From Antechinus flavipes (Eukaryota): 64,000 nt of DNA. The stretch lies in contig NC_067399.1 of NCBI RefSeq assembly GCF_016432865.1, positions 678,590,001 to 678,654,000 on the forward strand. Direction: 5' to 3'. The notes beneath the pieces are model-generated. The model ran no database searches. It worked only from the letters and a program-made list of their open reading frames with translations, and was not told the DNA's origin. A program made the translations under genes and the position numbers. This document shows, one piece after another, positions 58,170-64,000 of this stretch (positions are counted from its first letter, which is position 1; every line of letters begins with the position of its first letter).

Positions 58170-59285
58170 TTCAACTCAATGTTTATTTTTTAGTTTTTAA
58201 CATTTTTCTAGTTACATATAAAACAATTTTTTTACATGAAAAAAAACTGAGTTCTAGATTCTCTCCCTTCTTCCCTCATCCCTCATTGAGAAAGCACATA
58301 TGAAACCATGCAAGACATTTCTATAAGTCACATTGTGAAAGAAAACATAGATCTTGCCCTACCTCAAAAAAAAAAAAAGAACAAAAGAATTTTTTCAATC
58401 TGTATTCAGACACAATCAGTTCTTTCCCTGGATATGGCTAGCATCTTTTTTTAGGATGATTTTTTTAAGTTGATTTATCTTAAATACACATTGTTTTATG
58501 AATTATGTTGGAAGAGAAAAATCAGAGTAAAAGGGATAAACAATGGCAGAGATTTAAAAAGAACCGAAAAAATAAGTGAACAGAACATGTGTTGATTTAT
58601 ATTCAGCCTCCTTAGATCTTTTTTTCTGGATGTAAATGACATTTTCTGTCCAAAGATTATTGGGATTGCTTTGGATCATTGAACCGCTGAGATGAACCGA
58701 GTCTCTCAGAGTTGATCATTGCATGTTCTTGCTGTTATTGTGCACCTGGTTTTGTTCATCAGTTCACGTAAATCTTTCTAGGCCTTTCTATACTCAGCTT
58801 ATTGAACATTTTTCATCAGAAGTCCTTCAGAGTAGTTATGGATCATTGTATTGCTGAGAATAACAAAGTCTCTCACAGCTGATCATTCCGTAACTTTGCT
58901 TTTACTTTGAGCACAGTACATTTCACTTTGCTTAAACTCATGAAGAAATTTCAGAGTTTTTCTGAGAGCATCCTGCTCATCATTTCCCATAAAACAATAA
59001 TATCCCATCATAATCATATAGCACAATTTATTCAGCCATTCCCAGTTGATGGGCATCCCTCAATTTTTAATTCTTTTCCTGAGAAGAGAGCCGCTGTAAA
59101 TATTTTTGTACATATAGATTCTTTTCTTTTTTTAAATCTCTTTTGGGATTCATGCCTAATAATGGTATATTGTTAGGTCAAAGGATATGCGTGATTTTAT
59201 AGCCCTTTGGGCACAGTTCATATCTTTTGATCATTTATCGATTGAGAAATGGCTCTTATGTCTTATAAATTTGGCTCAGTTCCCT
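58170..59285 (-). mobile_element. Older L1 3' fragments (3'UTR and ORF2 C-terminus)
   Basis: Parallels 1,340-2,300 (gaacatgtgttgatttatattcag, ttattgggattgc, ccattcccagttgatgggcatc). Confidence 0.85.
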
Positions 59286-59559
59286 ATACATTTGCAATTC
59301 AATATTTATTGAGTACTTACCGCACATCAAGCATTGTGTTGGGAGGTGCTGGGGACACGACATTTTGCAGTCCAAGTAGATGCCATTAAATTCATTTCTC
59401 CTTTCTTCCTGCATTTAGTCAGCACTTAAGAAGTAGCTATTATGCACTGACTTACTGTTCTTGAGATTCTCAAAGGTTAGATCAGATGTAGTCCCTGCCA
59501 CAAGAAACTCCCAGACTAGGAGAAGGCTCCAATGACTATACTGATCAATAGTGTCTAAG

Positions 59560-59765
59560 AGCTCTTTTGTTGTTCAGCCATGTCTGACTCCGTTTGGGAT
59601 TTTCTTGGCAAAGATACTGGAGTAGTTTGTCATTTCCCTGTCTAGTGTGTCCCCATTTTACAGATGAAGAACTGAGGTAGGTGACTTGCCCAGGAACACA
59701 TAGTTGGCAAGTGTCCTAAATTCTCCAGGCCCAATGCTGTATCCCTTGGCCCACCCAGCTGCTCC
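59560..59765 (-). mobile_element. MAR1-type SINE
   Basis: ttgttgttcagccatgtctgactc...gggattttcttggcaaagatactggagtagtttgtcatttcc...ccccattttacagatgaagaactgagg. Confidence 0.85.
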
Positions 59766-61110
59766 ATAAGAACTCTAGGGTTAAACCAAACAAGGAGCAT
59801 CCTGAGGCCTGAGACAAAATCTTTAGCTGTCTTGGAGGGCTGCCTGGAAGAGGTAGCATTGAAATTGGGTTTCACCACTTCCTCAGTTTCACAGAGGGGA
59901 TCTTGAGTGTGGAAGAGACCTGAGAAGCCGGATCAGTTGACCCTCTCATTTTGTAGATGAAGAAATGTATGACTTGGGTAGAAAGAAGTACTAAAGGCAG
60001 GATTTGAACTCAGAACCTCTGATTCTAGAAACAGTTCTTTTTTCACTTGGTTCTCAAGGCTGGAGATAAAGCATATTTGGCCTTTTAAACATCATTCTTT
60101 ATGCAGATAATCAGCGGCAATAGGTCAAACTATTGTTCTAAAGGTTTTGGGGTCACATGACTTATGGTTATCTGGCACACAGTATTGCTTGCTAACAGAA
60201 GGTGGAAGCCAGAGCCAAACTAAACATGATTCCAGTGGATTGTGGCTGTTGTCTGTAGGAAGTCCGAGCTTACATTTGGGACGTTTATGGCGACTGGGCA
60301 GGGAGTGTGTTGCCCGGCACTTGGGCCTGTCCAGCAGGAAAACCGGACCATCTGGCCCTTTCCACATATGATTTCCCCGGGGCCCGTCAGTCTCCTCCGA
60401 TCCTCGTGTGGGACGGGGAAGCGGGACTCGGCGATGGCTTGGCCGAAGCCCTCACAGAAAGACTCTCCCCCGATGTAGCCATTCACCTTCTCTCCGCGTT
60501 CTCGTGTCAGGAGTGAGGAATAGGGGGTGGGGAAATTGGGGACTAGGAAGGTTGTGGTAATATAGCTTCTCAGCTAATTGATTAGCAATTATGGTGGGTA
60601 ATATTGCTCATTTTAATTGTGCTTAATCTCCATTTTGGTAATAAAGATTATTGTTTTGGATTATGACTTTATTGTAATATACTAATTACTAACTTGTGAA
60701 ATTAAAGTGTATATTTTTGCATGCTAAAAAAATTCACAACATGCTCTTATATTATCCCTCCCCTTTTTGAGCAGGAAGATGGTTTGGGGCATTATATTTT
60801 TAAGGATGGCCACCAGAAATATATACTAGGAAATGAAAGAACATGTGGGAACTGGCCTTGGCCCCTGCAAGACCCGGTTTGAGTCTTGGATCTGACGCTA
60901 CCCAGTTGTTTCCGGGTAGAAGCCAACCAACATCTGGGTCTCTCATCCAGTTCTCTCCCTCCCTCTCCATCCAGCTGTGTCTCTCTCTGTCCGGCTCACT
61001 CTTTGTCCATCTCTTCAGCTTAGAATACCCTCTGTAACCGGCCGGCTCACGAGTGAGCCTCGGGCATGAAAAATAAGAAATACATAATGTGTGTGTAAAT
61101 ATATACATAT

Positions 61111-61141
<31 letters not shown>

Positions 61142-61664
61142 CATGTATAATATGTATATTATGTATTAATGCACAATATGTGTTTATGTTATTCCTGTAG
61201 CCCCAAAGCGCACAGCTGGAGAGGAAGACGCCCCAGCGAGTTCGCAGAGAAGCTCGTGTCGGGCTAAACCCGGGCTGTTTCACGGAGGGGAGGCTTCGGG
61301 GGCCGGGAGGCTTCCTGTGGAAGAAGCCGGTGGGCGAAGTTAGGGTGGGAGAGAGTTTCAGACCCGGGCTCAGCCCCTGAAAGTGCCTCGAGTGGGTGCT
61401 CATCCATCCACTCCCTGACACCCAGGAGGCGCCTGGGCAGATACTGCACTCGAACCTGGACTTTTACCAGATGTGAGACTACGGGCAGCTCCTTAACTTG
61501 CGTCTCCCTCAGTTTCCTTATGTGTAAGAGGGATGNNNNNNNNNNNNNNNNNNNNNNNNNNNNNNNNNNNNNNNNNNNNNNNNNNNNNNNNNNNNNNNNN
61601 NNNNNNNNNNNNNNNNNNNNNNNNNNNNNNNNNNNNNNNNNNNNNNNNNNNNNNNNNNNNNNNN

Positions 61665-61854
61665 CATGCACGTGTAGGTGTTTAGTCAATGATTCTCTAC
61701 CGGCCTAAATTAGGACACTGCCCTCAGTCTCGTAAGGTCGGGGTTCAAACCCTGACCGTACCAAGATGGCAGCAGTGCGTCGAATGTGACGGCCTTACTG
61801 CGAGGAAAGCTTGAGCTCAGATACTACCTCCCCCATCCAAGCTGTCTGTCCTGG
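61665..61854 (+). mobile_element. Probable MamSINE1-like ancient SINE relic
   Basis: tgtaggtgtttagtcaatg...ggcctaaattagg...taaggtcggggttcaaaccctgaccgtaccaagatgg...gacggcctta matches my recollection of the MamSINE1 consensus; contains a B-box-like GGTTCAAACC. Not database-verified. Confidence 0.55.
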
Positions 61855-61985
61855 AACTATGTGTCACTTACCCTCAACCTGCCTCAGTTTACTCCTCTGG
61901 AAAATGGGGATGATCTTGGCACCTCCTCCTGAGGTTGTTGTGAGGATTAAATGAATTCTAACAGGTACATAAAGAGCTTGGAGCC
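61855..61985 (+). mobile_element. MIR CORE fragment
   Basis: gcctcagtttactcctctggaaaatgggg...gaggttgttgtgaggattaaatga. Confidence 0.8.
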
Positions 61986-62829
61986 CTCTGGCAATGGGAG
62001 CTGTTGTTTTGACTTGGTAGCTACCAGAGAGCGTTCATCATCTCACCTCACTGGAGGTCTTTTCTCATCTGCAAAATGATGGGACAAGTTTCGTGGTTTC
62101 TCTCAGTTCTAAATAAAACAGAGAATCCTAAATCTTAAAAATCCTAAAGAACTAGGGCTGCCCCTTTTTCCCTTTTATGAAATGGGAGTGAAAGCCCAGC
62201 CCCTCCCTCCTAAGGCTGTTTTAATAATCAAGAGCACAAAAGGAATTCACAGTCTTGTCCTCCTCCTCCTCTCCCCCTCCTCCCCTTCCTTCTCTTCTTC
62301 CTCCTCCTCCTTCTCCCCCTCTCTCACCTGTTATGTCCAGTCCTACATGGGATACAAAGAAAAGTTAAAACACCTTCAAAAACTTCAGGGTTTGCAAAGC
62401 AAAGACTATATTATGATACTGGATCCTTGAAATAATCTTGATTTTTAAATGGAACCCAATTTTATTTTGTTTTCCCAAAGATGGGGCTTCTCCTCCTCCT
62501 CTTTCTAAATCCCCCAGACTCCCCTGCCAACAAGCACAGGCAGAGGAACCCCTCCCCACAGTCTGGCCAAGGAGGCCCTGTAAGCGTCCTCACTCCCATT
62601 GCACAGAGGAGGAGAAGGAGAAAGGAACGAGCATTTAAGGAACACCTACTGCATATCGGCTTGTGCCATCACTTTACAAAAACCGGCTCCTTTAATGTAA
62701 TCTCACTTTCTTTAAAGGGAAGGAGACTCAGCCTAAGAATCTTGTCCAGTCACCAAGATGTCTGAAGTGGGCTTTGGCCCGGACTCCCGGAAGATGCTGG
62801 ATTATATATAAAATAAAGGATGGCCGTAG

Positions 62830-63150
62830 GCACTCAGAGGCAAGATGGCTGGGCTGAAGCAGGCAGAAAGACTTCCTGGAGGAAGCGGGCCTTGAGCTGA
62901 ACCTTGAAGGACGCTGATTTGGAAAGGTGAGGAGGTGGGAAAGAGGGCGTTTGTGGGGGGGACACTGAAGGAGCAAAGGCACAGAGAGCAGCGTGATCAG
63001 ACTGGAGTTTGTATTGGAGACTAATTGGAAGGGAGACTAATAAAGGGAGATGAGTTCCAATTTATGAAGGGCCTTGAATGACAAGCAAAGGAATTTAAGC
63101 TTCTGGAGCATCTGGGCTTTTGAAAAGGTAAATGATACAGGGAAAATCCT
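62830..63150 (-). mobile_element. L2 fragment
   Basis: aaagacttcctggaggaagcgggccttgagctgaaccttgaagga...caaaggcacagag...gaagggccttgaatgacaagc. Confidence 0.75.
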
Positions 63151-63599
63151 GTTTTAGTAGGATTCGTTTGCAAGATGGGGCTGTTCTGGGTGGGGACGGC
63201 CGATAGAGAAACGGCCTCGAAGCCAGTGCGATCCTCGTTCTGCCTCTGCCCCTAATTCTGGTCTCCAATCGCAGCCTTTATTTGTTGAGTCGGGTTTCTG
63301 GAGCAGGGGGAGCTGCTACTTCTCCTCTCAGGGGTCTAAGCAACCCCCAGGGTTCGGTATTTCTAATTTACAGCCGATACAGAAATAAAGGGAATTTCTA
63401 ATGTCACAGCTCATGAGCCCCCACCGGTGGGGACCCGTTGATATCAATTAGTCAGGTCTAACTCGCTTTTAGGAAGGGCTGTCTACCTGAGGGTGGATGG
63501 TGAGAACAATTGGTACAAAACATGTTCTCCAAAGTCTGTGACACGGGGGAAAGCGACCGACTCACGCTCATGTACGTGGAACCAAGTAGATGTGATGGA

Positions 63600-63790
63600 G
63601 GGTAACTGGAGGGCCCGGAGGGTAGAAGCAAGAGGCAGAATCAAGAAGACCCGAGTTCAAATCCAGTCTCAGACACGTACTAGGTGTGTGAGCCTGGGTG
63701 AGTGAGTCCTACCTCTCTGCATTGTGGGAGCAAATGGGATAATGTTTGTAAAAGGCTCTGGGAAACTTAAGTGCTGTAGAAATGCTCCCT
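63600..63790 (+). mobile_element. MIR-type CORE-SINE
   Basis: agacccgagttcaaatccagtctcagacacgtactaggtgtgtgagcctggg...aaatgggataatg. Confidence 0.8.
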
Positions 63791-64000
63791 TTATCTAACC
63801 CTCCCCCTCACCCTCCCGGCTCCCAACCCTAAATGCGCGCCTTCCAACTTTAACCCTAACCCCAAATGCTCCTGATTGCTGGAAGCCCTTTCCTCTGTTT
63901 AATGGAACACAAAAGTTCTCCTTGGGCACCATACATTGTGCTGCTGGGCTCCTTGTAGAGCAGTTGACATTGCTCATTCTCAGCCCTCTGCCCTTGACGC

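Larger units (their letters stand above)
11980..61664. other. Eight assembly gaps (N runs)
   Basis: 11,980-12,208; 26,585-26,804; 26,849-27,180; 34,156-34,761; 53,967-54,165; 55,051-55,182; 57,876-58,098; 61,536-61,664. Confidence 1.

Noticed and set aside
11897-61708. ORFs containing long X runs
   Set aside because: They span N gaps and carry no information.
63790-63870. Interstitial telomeric repeat
   Set aside because: Only about two TAACCC units; consistent with chance.
1-64000. CRISPR arrays, rRNA, tRNA genes, NUMTs
   Set aside because: None seen. The repeat arrays lack unique spacers, and the B-box motifs belong to SINE heads.

Overview
Mammalian genomic DNA, almost certainly from an Australian marsupial: it carries WSINE1-type and MAR1-type SINEs plus marsupial-type L1. 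A dasyurid is plausible but is only an inference. The window is GC-rich, has 8 short N gaps, and contains no protein-coding gene I can name with confidence; the only clearly recognisable coding sequence is decayed retroelement ORF2 (L1, L2, L3/CR1). Main content: (1) a nested L1 cluster at 0.5-5.3 kb with a reciprocal local sequence exchange involving 6.0-6.3 kb; (2) a young 5'-truncated L1 at 22,981-25,557 with a perfect 15-bp TSD; (3) CpG islands at about 13.8-15.0, 35.45-36.9 and 38.06-39.4 kb with CTCF, E2F, CCAAT, CLEAR/USF and ETS motifs but no recognisable linked gene; (4) several GC-rich minisatellites (29-mer x18, 41-mer x8, 19-mer x9.5, a C-rich array) and a 671-bp polypurine tract; (5) motif-dense candidate enhancers, most clearly a FOX/SOX/GATA cluster at 55.0-55.8 kb; (6) a probable MamSINE1 relic at 61.7 kb. 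The most speculative lead is a phase-consistent 4-exon minus-strand model (9,613 to 7,136) for a 167-aa protein with hydrophobic N- and C-termini. Overall this looks like a regulatory, gene-poor landscape. Repeat family names come from memory of consensus sequences and all motif calls were made by eye; no searches were run.
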